Assembly (NCBI GenBank): GCA_051362555.1
Contig: CM120641.1
Coordinates: 11,718,001-11,782,000 of the forward strand
DNA: 64,000 nt
Direction: 5' to 3'
From: Lingula anatina
Taxonomy: Eukaryota; Animalia; Brachiopoda
A program made the translations under genes and the position numbers. Below are positions 1 through 18,810 of this stretch, in pieces. Below the pieces are notes generated by a model that made no database searches, was not told the origin of the DNA, and saw nothing but the letters and a program-made list of their open reading frames with translations. Position 1 is the first letter of the stretch. Each line of letters begins with the position of its first letter.

Positions 1-323
1 TGGAGGAAACTGGACATTTAACACTATTCTATTGATTTTTTTCCTATCTCATCAATTTTCTTAGTTGATCATATAAAAATGGCAGTAAACTGTTCATTTT
101 GTTTTATGTTAAAAAAGTGTTAAAAATGGAAGTAAACCCATTTCAGAACAGTGCTGTCTTGTTAAAATTTGATGTTGAATTTGCAGTTTAACATTATGTA
201 CTTTTGCATCTGAATTGGCAGTAGCCTATTTTGTGCACAGTTATTTCCTGCTTTTTGTCTGTACATTTGACAGCTTTGCTGCCTTGTTTTTATTCTTTTT
301 CCACTGTAACATCTTTGTTCCAG

Positions 324-6197
<5,874 letters not shown>

Positions 6198-6800
6198 CCT
6201 TTTCATTAACACCATCTAAGTCTTAGCTTCATGTGTATAGGGTATTGGTTTCTGATGAGATTCATTTTAATGCACTAGTTTTACTACTCTAATATAGAAT
6301 CCAATGTCCAGAGTAAACGGCAAATTTTTTTAGAAGATAGAAATACTTTGACAGTTCTACAACAATGATAGTTGCCTTACTGTCATGCTAATATGTAACA
6401 TAACTTTGTGAATTTGCCAGTTGGTTATTTTTTGATGCAAAAAGACGAGTTGAATTGTATTAATGGGTCAGTAAGTTGTTAGACTGTCCTGTTGTTAGAC
6501 TGCTTTCGCTAATAGGTCGACTTCACATATTAGGATATCTAAGTAGAGTAGTTTAGGTTTAACTCAAAAACCTGAATGACTTTGTGATACCTAGGACCCA
6601 TCAAACTTAGTTCATAATGCAGAAGACCTTGGTGCTGTCAGACAGTCTAGTGCTGCCCTCTGTTGTCAGGTTGTGCTTTGAATCCTGCAGTTATTTTATC
6701 TGACTCTCTTGTACCAGGACATTGCATTGAGGAGTGTGTCTGAACTATTATTTATTTAACAAACTGTAAAAATTGTGATAAACAATGTGTTACACAATGT

Positions 6801-6806
6801 AATAAA
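6801..6806 (+). terminator. Candidate SEL1L polyadenylation signal (AATAAA); a second candidate lies near 7597
   Basis: Canonical hexamer about 600 nt after the stop codon; no transcript evidence. Confidence 0.35.
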
Positions 6807-8457
6807 AGTGAATATTTGCTCTATTTTTAATAAGTGATAGCAGTACCTGTATAAATGTTGTTAATCTCTTACTGATCTTTACTGATCCTGCATGGAGGCT
6901 GCTGTTCTTTATCCGAGTGGACATGATCAGGCAGTTGATACTAGAGCTGCATGTGTAAAATGAATACAATTCTTTTGTGAAAACGTGACTGTTATTTCTA
7001 TTACAGTATCTCAGCACTATTATTTACTTGTGACGTTTGGATTTATTGGTCCATATGACGATGTGACTGGTAACAACACGGAGATATCGTGGGTTTGATA
7101 TAGTAGCATTAAGTGAGTAAAAGTGCATTTGACGTGTAAACTGATTATCCTAACTCGCCACAGGTTGGGAGTAAGATTGTTTATTTGTACGCTCTACTAA
7201 AGGCAGGCGATACATCTTTACTGGAGGGAAATGCCAAGGAATAGGACTATTGAGAAAAATCTGACTTGGTATAGAGAAAATGTATCGTATGCACAATGAT
7301 TATTACTTCTTCACATGCGTCTCAAACGTGTTAACTTAACGCCTATGGTGCACTTGCCCATTCCAGTGGAAAATGTTAAAATTTTTCTTTTCAAGTGCAA
7401 TAACCACTTCTAAGAAGTGCTATTTCTTTGTCATTTAGAGTTTCTAGTTTATTTAGTTGTTAGCCATTTTCCTGTCAAGTAACAAGATTTCCAAGACTTA
7501 ACATTTTGTAGATTTTTCTCGCTCAACTAGTTAAAATTTGATGAAAGGTGTGTGTGTGTGTGTTACAACTGTAATAATGATGTTGGATTGAAAAGAAATA
7601 AAGATATATGATATGAGTAAAAAGATTGTGTTATTTTAAATCAACTATCGTTTTCATTAATACCCAAACTATAATTGTCTTGAGACAAACATTAAAAAGT
7701 TATATGGGAACGAAGGAGGCTGCCACAAAATGAGTCTTTTAAGTTTAGTTTGAAATGGTGTTATTTAAATTGTCGTTTGCAATATGACATCCTTTGAAAA
7801 GGTGTCTGTTAGGGTAATTGATTATTTTATCAGCCCGAATATTAGATCTGACTCACATACCCTGCTTATTGATAAGCGTGCACGTACAAGGGTTTGAAAA
7901 TGAAATAATGTCTAGGTTTATTGGCATTAAAAAAACATTTATAATCTATCATTTTATCATTCAAAATATAATGATGTATTTCATATATAAAAAGAGGTTG
8001 CCATATCATATGCGGTACAATAAAATAAAATTGACAAACAATTTTGACAACGTTTTGCAAGGGGATTTATGAAAAGGACTATATTAGAATTTCATGTAGT
8101 CGTTTAATAAAAAGATTTACTGCTATTTATTTATTTATTTTAACAAGGGCAGTGCGATTATTTTATAACTAAAAGCATGACGGAGTCACGGCTATTGATC
8201 TCTTTTCGACATCCTTTTGTCTCCGTGGAAGGAGACGCCGCCGCAGACAGTGGAGAGATGGAGTTGAATTATTGTTTCACTGCTCCACAAATTCCAGCTT
8301 TTTCATTAACGGCTCCCTTTTCATTCATCGCACATTGAAAACGCCTATACCCCTCCCCCCACCCCCACTCCTCCCTAGAGATTAACACAAGAGGAGATGC
8401 GGAAGTCTTATGTCAAACTCTGAGGTATCCCTGCCTAATTCTACACAAAAATGCCGG

Positions 8458-11400
8458 TCAAATTTCCATGTCTTCTTCTGACGTAGGTGTATTTCCCGCC
8501 GCAGATTGCCCGCTTTTTTGTGATAGTTGTTTGAGAAGGTCCACAAAATAGGAGTCGACTTCTGTCAACCTGTTCAGCAGAGTAGGAACGTAACTAACCA
8601 ACCCCGCAAAAAGTCTCTTCTCAAGAATTGATAGTTTATAGGCTAACAAAACTGATAAGCGGGAAAAGTTATATTCAGGGCTTAGTTGTTCCTCGATTCC
8701 GCTTATCATGAGCTTCAGGGATCTAATAGACGCGACGTTCCACGGTTGACCAAACACCATCTCCATTTCTGCAATTTTTTCGTCTAGATCACGGACTGTT
8801 ACACGTATTACACTCAACATGGTAAGAAACTCTTGGACTAGATCTGTGCGCACTTGTTTCCCGATGCTTTGACTAGTTTTCAGAAAATCATTGCACTTCT
8901 CCAATTGTGAGATGTTTTTAACGGGACCCAAGTCCCCAGATCTTATAAGTTGAAGTGTTAGCATGAATTCTTTGATGCATTTTTCAAATGTCCTGTATCG
9001 CTGCGATAGTGTTCGTACGTCCTCTTTTGTCTGTTTCTGAAATGCTTTCAAAGACGCCAGATACGCTCCTCGGCTACGGTGGTTAAGCTCTGCAATATAA
9101 ATATATGATATCAGTTTTTGCAGTAAAAACTCTCTCTAATCAATTTCAACATCCCTTTTTACAATTCTATAATATTTTTGAACTGGATGTCTAGCGTTAA
9201 TATGGCTGAGTGAAAACATGTCACCATCATCAACCCTGGCGACTTCGTCCTGAACGGAGGCGCCCTACCCTCTTGATTCACTTTTCACTTTATATTCACA
9301 GACCATTTATACATTTTAAAGGCTACATGTAACGTTCTAACATTACTCGTATACTGACATAATCAGTTCTCATCCGACTTGATAACAATATTAAGAGGCA
9401 TCATATCCCAAAATAAATACTTACCCTGCGGTATCAATAGCTTGCTGACTGAATTTGGTGCGCTGAATGCCCGTCTCGGGGCCGGAGAGCCGTTCGGCGA
9501 CGATTCCGAGGGACCCAGTCTTCCGGACAATAGCTCCTCTTTACAACGTACGATCTCTCTTTGTGGTATCGTTACTTTGACAGACAGATCACTTATTCCC
9601 ATTCCCCTCAAAATCTTTTCAGTACAAAACACTTTTTGGCACGCTTCTCGTAGTTCTCCTTTATTGTACATGTCAAGGAGATGCAAAAGAGCGCGCAAGC
9701 TCTTGCAGACGAGAATAACAACAATGCTGCCTAAACGTAGCCGTTTGACGTAAATGTCTTTAAATTCCAATAAAGTAGTCAGGGCATTGATGTGATCTTG
9801 CGCATTTTTGACAACATTTGTGTAGTAATGAAGCATCATTTTTTGGAAGGTGTCTTGCTCTGTTTCCGATGTTTGATTTCTGTCGTCTGTTCCATCCTGG
9901 TCGGTTTCCATGGATTCCACACTTTGTGGCCGCATCTCAATATTGGATACTTCTATGGTTGCATGAACCTCGCCTGAGACAAAAAGGTAAGCTATTGTTA
10001 TTGAATGAGGGCAAAAGCTTGGAAAATTCTAATAGTCAAAATTATTATTATTATTATTATTTTAGAAGTAGTAGTAGTATCACTAGTTTCCATCGAATGT
10101 GCATATTCACTTTATTATAAATGATCTACCTGCATTATGAGTTGATGAACTGACACCCACCTATTTCTCTATTATCTTTTCTTGGGGCAGTGTTTGCAGA
10201 GTCAGCCTCTCCCTGACTTGATTGAATTGTCTTTTCACTGGAGGTTCTTCGCAGGCCTCCTTGTTTTGGTTTGTGCAAAGTTTCTGAAACAGTTAAAGCA
10301 GAAAAGTAGCACAGTTTCTTAGTACATCTCTGTTATTTTAATATAATGTTTTTTAAACTCATCCCACCTTTCTGGCTTTGTCGTTTATGCTGTAAACAAT
10401 ACAGGTCGTAGACCCTATACCTTAATTTGTTCCTGAGGGTCGACAGTGTCATCGGAAAAGGCTTTGATAACATATTGATTTCAATATAATTATATATTTA
10501 TTTTTAATTCTATATCGCTTCCCATTCAGTTGACAGCCTGACATCTCACTAATTTTTCTTACCTGAATTATTTCTCTTTCTGACTCCTGTTTTCTTTCTC
10601 GGCACAGAGGGCGGGGGCGGTTGACCTGTACTGCGGCGTCTGCCTCGAGACGCTCCAGTGCTGGGCCCTGCGACGGAATTCCGTCTCGATGGGCTAGACA
10701 CACGTCCTCGGCGTACTACGAGGTGACTAATGGCGTCTGGAAAGATGTTTTGAAAATGATGATAAACCAAGAACGCTAACACAAGGTTTTAATCAAGAAA
10801 AAAAATCACGTAGCAATAACACATAACAAGAGTTTTAATAATTTTATAGTAATCAAGTGCACTGACAGTGGCGGATTTAGGAGGGGTGTTAGGGGGGGTC
10901 CTGACCCCCCCCCCCCCCCCCCCCCCATTTGATTTCTGAAAAAAAAAATCACACCAATGGTCCCCTTTTCAAATTAGAAAATTGACTAGCTGAATCATAG
11001 TTCTAAACCGTAAAAAATAGCACCGTTCGCCTCCTAAAATACCAAAATTTTTCGGGCCCCAACCCCACGTCGGGTCGGCTTTGAATCCGCGTAGCCCCCC
11101 CCTCCCCCCTTCAAATAATTCTGGATCCGCCCCTGACTGAGATGTGCAGTGCCCATGTATGGTAAGTAAGTTGTGACAGGATTAATACACAGTAACATTT
11201 TCCTTTTAGGAAAAGGAGTTTATTTTCAACCCTTTTCCAGGCAAGTTCTGTGATAGCATGTCGATGCTTTCGGCGGAACATGGTATTAAAGGTTGTTTGA
11301 ATCTCTATAAATATTGGTCTGACAAAAACAGCTTACGGAGCATCTCATACAAAATGCAGGAACCTTCACATTATATACGTCAGCTGCAGAAGCCCACGCA

Positions 11401-13704
11401 TTACATTGCAGGATTGTACACAGAATCTCACATATCAAATAGAATAACATTCAGATTCCGAAAAAGGCAAATAATTATCTGCTGGCAAGCTTAGTGTCTC
11501 GCAAAGGAAAAATCGAATAATTAACTCACCTTCGGCACGCTTTAATTCCAAATTTCTCAGAGCGTGTGAGAGTTTGTCTTTGGTGGCGTTTCTCCCCTGC
11601 TTCTCGTGCCACATACAAAGACACTGGTAGGACAGTTCAGAGAGACGCGCCATTGGGTGAACGTGTTCGATATCGAGAATATCTTCATCCGTCAGTCCAA
11701 GCTCACGAGATACATCCTTCCAATAGCGGACTATGTAAGGAGCTAGCGTTCGGAAAATCGCCCGTATATCTGAAACATCCAAAGTGAATGATATGATACG
11801 AGAGAAAAGACAAACGCCGTATATATTCACGTAAGTATAAGACCAATTTTCCTTACTCAAACATAATGGTGGCCTTAACACAAACACACACACACGTACG
11901 CACACATGCATGTAACGTAAAGCTTTTACAAAATTGTAAAATTACCATTATCAACTAGAATAGGTCTACAATATAACACAATGTCTTACAACGGGAGCAT
12001 TTAGTTCAATTCAAAAGTACGAACGAATAACGCACGTCTTAAAGCTTACACCACTGAAATTATTCCGATAAGTTTTTTGGTAGTATTGAGGAAGACAAAA
12101 CAATATAAGGGCGTATCATTGTTTAAAAAGCCTTTTGTATAGGATTTAAAGGTGCCGCACTTACGTTCTTGTGAAAGGGTAGAAATAAATCAGGTATAAG
12201 ATATTTTCTATTGTTATATATAATAGACCAAGTAATCGCCTTCTATTGGCGTCAGAAACTGCGGCGTTTTGAATGTAAAAAGCCGATTAAATCTACCTCT
12301 TTACGTTGGGTATTGTTGCTTTGTAGCGTCAGTGTATCAGGATTTTAGTCAAAACAGGGATCCTATACTGGAGTGGATTTGATATTGAAAGGCCAACAAA
12401 CTTTTACAACATCTACTGAAATAACACACGACAAATGCACATAATTGTATTGAAATAGTTATGTGGTACGGGGCCGCAACTACTCAAAGCGCGGTGAAAG
12501 GTTTTGTATCAGAACCGTATTGACGAATTACTGAAGCACAAAAGGGCAATAACTCGGGGGCATTGAAACTGTTAAATGGGTTTAGTTCGAATCAAATAGA
12601 ACGATTAAAACACTTGGCGCAAATAAAGAAGAAAAGTACAACAATAACGGGGAGTGGAGTAAATGTTTCTCTGGGTGAATGTACACAAAACGAAAGGTTG
12701 TCGTTTGTCCTTAGAGAACTCCCACCGTCCAATGGCTCATTTTCTCAGTCTTTCACACTCCTTAAATGGATTTAGTTTAATTGCAATTAACATGATCAGG
12801 GCAACCTCCCGGGGCCAGGGGCATTATTGTACGGGTTTTGTCAACTTTATTAATTCTAAACTAGCTATAACTTCGAAGATAAATATCGCAGGTACACCCT
12901 GTGTAACCGCTCATATACTTTTTCCCTGTCAAATATCCCGGTGCTGAGGCAGGCGTTAAAACTAGTCTGGTCCTTGCTCATGTTGAAAAGAATGTATCCT
13001 ACACCCTTGAAATATAGGCTTATTCTGTTCGCTGCTGTATCTTTTCGAGAGCAAACCGTGCAGCAACTGTTAATCATGGGCGAAAAATTCTCAATGGTAG
13101 GTCGAATTAAAATAAACATGGGGGATTAGTATCGTAATGTTAGAATAAACAAGTGATGGTGAAATTTCAAAATTGTGAGGCTCGATGTTACAGTCTGACA
13201 CCTTCCCGTGCCTTGCTGGCCGTATATTATTGCGGTGTATTTAATTTTATACTTTGATGTTTACTTTTATGTTTAAAGATAACACAGGTGTCTAAATATG
13301 CGCGCAGAATTGAAGTCGTGTAGGGCTATTTGTTAAAGCGCCGGTTGAATATTGTCTTGAACTATTTTCGGTGTTTGTGAATATTAGTTATTAAAAGTAC
13401 ATTTGGATGGACAAGGGAGATTAAACTTTTAAAAAAGCACACCATTTAAAGAAGTGGTTATGAAGTGTATCTATCATAAACCAGTATCTATCAATGCCTG
13501 TTGATTAATTCAATAAACCTTATTACGTGAAGAGCAAAGAAACATATATTCTTGCTGAGATTACAACCTCTGTTCATCCAAGATTCTTGAAATAACTTAT
13601 TTTCACATCTGCGGGTACAGTTTTGCCCACACCATTAGAGTTTTAGCCGAACAAAATATTAATCACTTACCGTCCACCTCCACCTGCACCTCCTTGGTCG
13701 CCAT
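8458..13704 (-). CDS. Death-domain protein with TRADD-N-like/DEDD-C-like middle domain and helical C-terminus (~583 aa)
   Basis: Six exons, all joined by phase-1 GT-AG introns: 13704-13671 (MATKEVQVEVD), 11769-11530 (death fold: IVRYWKDVSRELGLTDEDILDIEH...SYQCLCMWHEKQGRNATKDKLSHALRNLELKRAE), 10736-10563 (R/S/P-rich), 10283-10161, 9973-9425 (LRLGSIVVILVCKSLRALLHLLDMYNKGELREAC), 9089-8458 (stop). The total of 1752 nt is an open frame. Confidence 0.85.
10866..11135. mobile_element. MITE with CAG(T/G)GGCGGAT...ATCCGCCCCTG terminal inverted repeats
   Basis: Left end CAGTGGCGGATTTAG, right end CTGGATCCGCCCCTG, internal poly-C/G runs, and ACTGA on both flanks (10861-10865 and 11136-11140). It lies in an intron of the death-domain gene. 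Confidence 0.8.
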
Positions 13705-13733
13705 CTTAGGGTAGCCGGACCACATCACGTGAC
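13698..13733 (-). promoter_or_regulatory. YY1-like AAGATGGCG over the start codon plus a palindromic E-box (GTCACGTGAT) just upstream
   Basis: The minus strand reads ...GTCACGTGATGTGGTCCGGCTACCCTAAGATGGCGACC; motif matches only. Confidence 0.45.
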
Positions 13734-16162
13734 TCTTGTTAATTCCCTCTTTCACTCAGTTAGCGTCGGGTAGACCCGTGAAACCGATACCTCTTGAGTG
13801 AGATGGCATATTTGTTTTTAAGATTTGAATATAAAATTTATACATAAACGTTTTGTGCGCCATAAATCCTACGTTGATAACCGGTTACAGTCCAACAGAG
13901 GCACCTTAGTAGTAGGTTATGTTCAATTTCACAAATCAATAACAATCTGCTCTTTTCTTATAATAACCATAAACATAACAAGGTGGAATATATTGCCAGC
14001 ATACCCAATACTAGCTTTTTACCTTTCTGCTGAAAACACTATTCCCACTCATGTTCAAGAATATTTGAAAAAAAGCGAGCAAAATGTCCAATTATGTATT
14101 TTGTCCGTTTTTGTCACGCTTACTATAACTCATTCTGTTATACCCATGAGTACTGGTAAGGTGGTGGAAAGCCTGTTGATCAGTCCCGGCAGCGGGAGGT
14201 TATTGATTACTTTATTGAACTTTACAGATTTGTTTGTGTAATGAATACCGATGCAGCCAGAAAGGAGCAGGGAATGTCAGAGGTTAATTAAGTTTTCATT
14301 GTTTGTATGAGAAGCGTGATCGCAACTAATAATTTGCCTTATCTTTAAATGTAGGTGTTTTGAAGTTGAAAAATAATTTATAACTAATAACATCTTCTAG
14401 TTGAAAGTGGATAGTCTTAAACAAAAGGGATTTTAAGCCTATTTATTGAAATACCATATTTAATTTGGTAAGCGTTGTTAATAGGTCTATTTTATTCAAG
14501 GAACTGGGGTAGATAGACAGGATATTTATTTTAACGTAAACAACGAGTAAAAAAATACAACTGTAAATATACCTAGTGTACATGTACGATCAAAAGAACA
14601 AAACTTATATTGCCACTTTTCACTGACGTTAGTGTATCTAGTATACCTAGATGCTTAGGCCTACCAAGTGCTTAAAGTTTCCATATTTCTTTCACAGTCA
14701 TTCATTCATTCAGTGATGATTTTGATCTACATGATGACTTTCATTTATTCATTTAATTGTTTGTTCATTTTCATGTACAACTGAACTGCCTAATTTTCAA
14801 TTTCCGTCATCTCCTTTTTTTAGGAAAAAATGACTGACATACTACTTCATTTCAAATCTTTTATCAGTTCCATTGTTCTAACATGTGTGTAGAATTTCTT
14901 CCCCTCCTGCCAAGGTTATTTTGTATTCAGGTAATTAATACCACGGCTCATCAATATATCCCGACATTTGATTGGCTAATAAATTTTAAAAATACGCATG
15001 CAATTCTTAAAAGATTTATGAACAAATTTCTGTTTCATATTGAGTTCTTTGCAATGCTTATCTATATATTTGTGTTAGTTTCCTCTGTTCGTAGTTGTCT
15101 AAATTACACATCTATTATTCACAGCAAGCATCATCGTGTGACAGCTGGAAAGCTCTCGTCACAGCGGTAAATCATAAAGTATTTGCGTATTTATAAGATT
15201 TAGATTTATGAAAAGGAGAAAAAAATTGAAAATCATTTCAGTGTCTTAGACCATACAAACAAAGTAGAATATAGATACAAAAGTTACGAAACCGAGCTTA
15301 ATATATCCACGAAATAATTGTTTCTCGGAATCATAATTAAAAATGCCCGCGTACGGCCAAGTTTATGGTAATTTACTCAGTCGCAGCTTCACTCTGTATG
15401 ATGGTCACACATTTATAAATTTCTGTTTAAATGTTTGCCTTCAGAAAAGGTAGAAGGATTGTGGTTTTAAATTTTGGAAAAGTATTTTTATACAGTGTCC
15501 GTTATATTTGGGTAGTACTGTGTAATCTTGGAGCAAGGTAAGTGATTTTTCATTAAGATGACGACCATTTCACAATGTCTTGTTCTGCTTCCTGTACAGT
15601 AATACTTACAGCAAGCGTCAACTATACATTTTTCATGAGTTGAATGTTGAACTGTTCGTGCAAATTGTCAACATTGGTAGCGGTTTTAGTTTTGTTGGCG
15701 AAATAATCTGCTTAGAAATTTAACTGCTGTTTTTGTTAACACGGCACAGTAAAAATTCTTCCAATTAAGAAGGATATTTGCAGATTTGGGTTGGTAACAA
15801 TACAAAGGTAGGTTAAGGAACAACCGAACATCATAATTACGTGAATATATAGTCCTCAACTATGTTTTAGTTTTAAAAAATACTAAATACTGCGAGATTA
15901 CGCACGGAAGACAATGCGGACCACCAATTATCCAGAGAAAATATTTCTGGAATACCTGCTTTGAATGAATGAATTAAGCAGGAGAGGAAGGAATATCGTG
16001 GTTGGCTTCGTTTCGCCAAATATTCAGTTCACCTCCTTGTCTTATAGTATAAAATAGGTCACCTGTATCCTGGATAAGAAACGTTATACATTTTAACATT
16101 GTGTGATGTTTTACAGTAAATAATCAGTACATGTATATATTTATTCTAGAGTCAGCAATCTG

Positions 16163-18810
16163 ATGCCAGAGACAACCTTCAACTATGCTGGGCTTGAGAA
16201 ACCCGCCAAGATGAAAATTATTTCATTGTGGACTTTGTTTTGTATTTTCCTGATTGCTGTTCTGACTATTCTGGTATCTTATGTGAATGTAGAGATACAC
16301 GACGCAAGATCATCCTTAGGTAAATACAAAATCTATTTATGAAATAAAGACAGGTAAGACGTTTAATGTACATGATATATATTTTCATCCAAAAGGGTTT
16401 CGAAGAGCAAGATAGCTGTCGCTTTAACTTGGTGTTGGGGTTGATGTCAGAAAAGTGCATTTGATAAAAAACAATATCACTTGAAATACATTTTACCAAG
16501 ACGGTAAAGAATGGACGTAAGATTTTGAAAACAGGACATCTTACTTCCCTTTATATTTCTGTAATTGTATTATGAATAAAAGATACTCATACTAAGTGAT
16601 ATAACATCGCAAAATCTTGTATCATTTTTAATAATTGATGTTAAGTAAGTTTTATATGTTGACAAACTCTTATTCCAATGATTCGTTCCAGCCGATGTCA
16701 AGCTTCAGAAACGTACGCGCCGGGCTCTACAAAATGATATTCTAAGACAGAAAGTTACAAATGATGTCACCAGAACCGCTTCCACGGCAGCAGGCATTTC
16801 TTCCACAACAAAAACGACAACAACACCAGGTCCAAAACCGGCCCCAACCACGGCGGTGCTGATTCTGACCTATCAACGCAGTGGTTCTTCTCTGATTGGG
16901 GAGCTCTTCAACCAGAACCCATCAGCTTTTTATCTGTTTGAGCCTCTCTGGGCCTTATACGAGAACAAGATAAACCCAACTTTCCCGAGTACTCTGCTGC
17001 TTGCAAATGGGAATAAAAGGTAAGCTCTAAGTTAACCTTTGAAAGCACTCGTCAGGTACCCTCTTATAAGAAAGACATAGTTATATGCTATCCATTTGAG
17101 TTTGCATGTTAATGCGGAAAAGTGTGTTAACCATATTGAAGCTCTTTAATTATTTCTCTTTATGACTTAAATATATAATGAACCAGCATCCCAAGCCTTC
17201 TGTATATACAGTGATAGTGTAGCTCTTTAACCAAGACAAACAAGATGGAGGATGTGTGCTACCTCTCTGTTTCTCAGTGGAAGTTTTTTGTCATTTTTTT
17301 TTCTTAAAAGTCACCGTAAATAAATGTAATACATGTACCTATGTCGTTTTAATGCTATTTTGATTGCAGACCAATGCCAGCAACTGAAGACTTTGGCTCG
17401 TTTTCTCAAGAACTGATCACCAACATGGCGAGATGCGACTTAGGGCAAGTCCCCATGGAGATATTAGCACCTTTTGGCGACGACGGACACTGGTTCTTTA
17501 GCGCCAATGGGAGACATAAGGCATTGGCAAAATATATAGACTGTATCAAAAAAGATAACGATGCGAAAAAGGACGCATTGTGCGTTCCTTTGGCCCAAGC
17601 CGTTTGCGATAATTCTACCATAAGAGCTATTAAGACCATTCGATTTCGAATGTGGATGCTGGAGCGAGTGCTTCTAGAAAATCCAGGTATGAAGGTTATT
17701 CATCTGTTCAGGGATCCCCGAGCATCCATTTTATCCAGGTTTACGTCTACCCAAGCCGGCTGCAAGTTAGAGTTTGAGGCCAGCGCAAGATGCTATGACA
17801 TGTCCAAGGATCTGACTACCGGCGGACATCTTTTCAAAAAATACCCGGGGCGAATCATGCGAATTCTGTACGAGGACATGGCGGATTATCCTGTGGAAAC
17901 AGCACAAAAGATACATACGTTTCTGGGAAAAGAGCTACCGAAAAATGTTCTAGATTGGGTTTTGGAAAACACAGCGGCTGGTGTAAATGACACGGAGTTG
18001 TTCGAGACCACCCGAGCTAACTCAAGCGAGACTGCGCATGCTTGGGAATTGAGTATCCCGACCGACATGGCTTTCAAGATAGACGAGATCTGTTATGATG
18101 TGATCGAAGAGCTAGGGTACGAAAAATTCCCAGACATTCTCAACCGTGTGAAGGACCGACGCACCAGTGAAACCGAAATGCTGATGGACGATATCAAACC
18201 TACCACCCCGAAACCACCATTTTCTCTAGACAGCGCTCGTTTAGAAATAGGCGCGCCAGGAGATCTGAATATCGCTCAGATCGAAAAGGTTTTGTTTGAC
18301 GCTAAGGCCTTGATAAGTGACAGAAAAGCCACCTACTTGCACGACGAACAGACGACGGAACATCCATTTGAAGTTGAAGGAAATCATGAGAATCATCCAA
18401 CCGACGACCACCATGGACATGACGTCACGGATGACCCTTCTTTATTTGGCGTGAACAACGCAGGGGATGGCCTGAACTGGAAAGATGGGCACCTCGGCAG
18501 TCCTGAGGGTATCGAAGGGTACGGGTCAGCAGAAGATAACTGGGAAGAAATGGACGACGAAATTAACACTGAAATCGACACCGATTTAGAGAAGATATAC
18601 CCTCAGAAGGACGTAATCGATGATGATGATAAGCATTTGTTTAATAAACTCATGTCTGACTGGAACGAGGAAGAATTCTTAAAGGAGATCGATGATTGGG
18701 AAAATGGCCAACCGCTTGAAATGAACGTCCCGGACAGCCAGAAAGGTCTGGTTGATGGTGATTATGAAGATATTTTGATCAAGTTCAAGCAGAAATTGCG
18801 ACGACTGTAG
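16163..18810 (+). CDS. Carbohydrate (Gal/GlcNAc/GalNAc 6-O) sulfotransferase, CHST1/3/4/5-like, type II membrane protein with long acidic C-terminal extension (~641 aa)
   Basis: Exons 16163-16319 (TM anchor [23 protein letters not shown]; alternative ATG at 16211), 16692-17019 (5'-PSB motif [32 protein letters not shown]) and 17370-18810 (AIKTIRF; 3'-PB motif [15 protein letters not shown]; RILYEDMA; [11 protein letters not shown]). Phases are consistent. Confidence 0.9.

Noticed and set aside
9379-9753. 124-aa plus-strand ORF
   Set aside because: It is the antisense shadow of a death-domain gene exon and has no recognisable motifs.
13825-14241. 138-aa plus-strand ORF in the divergent promoter region
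   Set aside because: TTG start, AT-rich low-information translation, and no domain or splice support.
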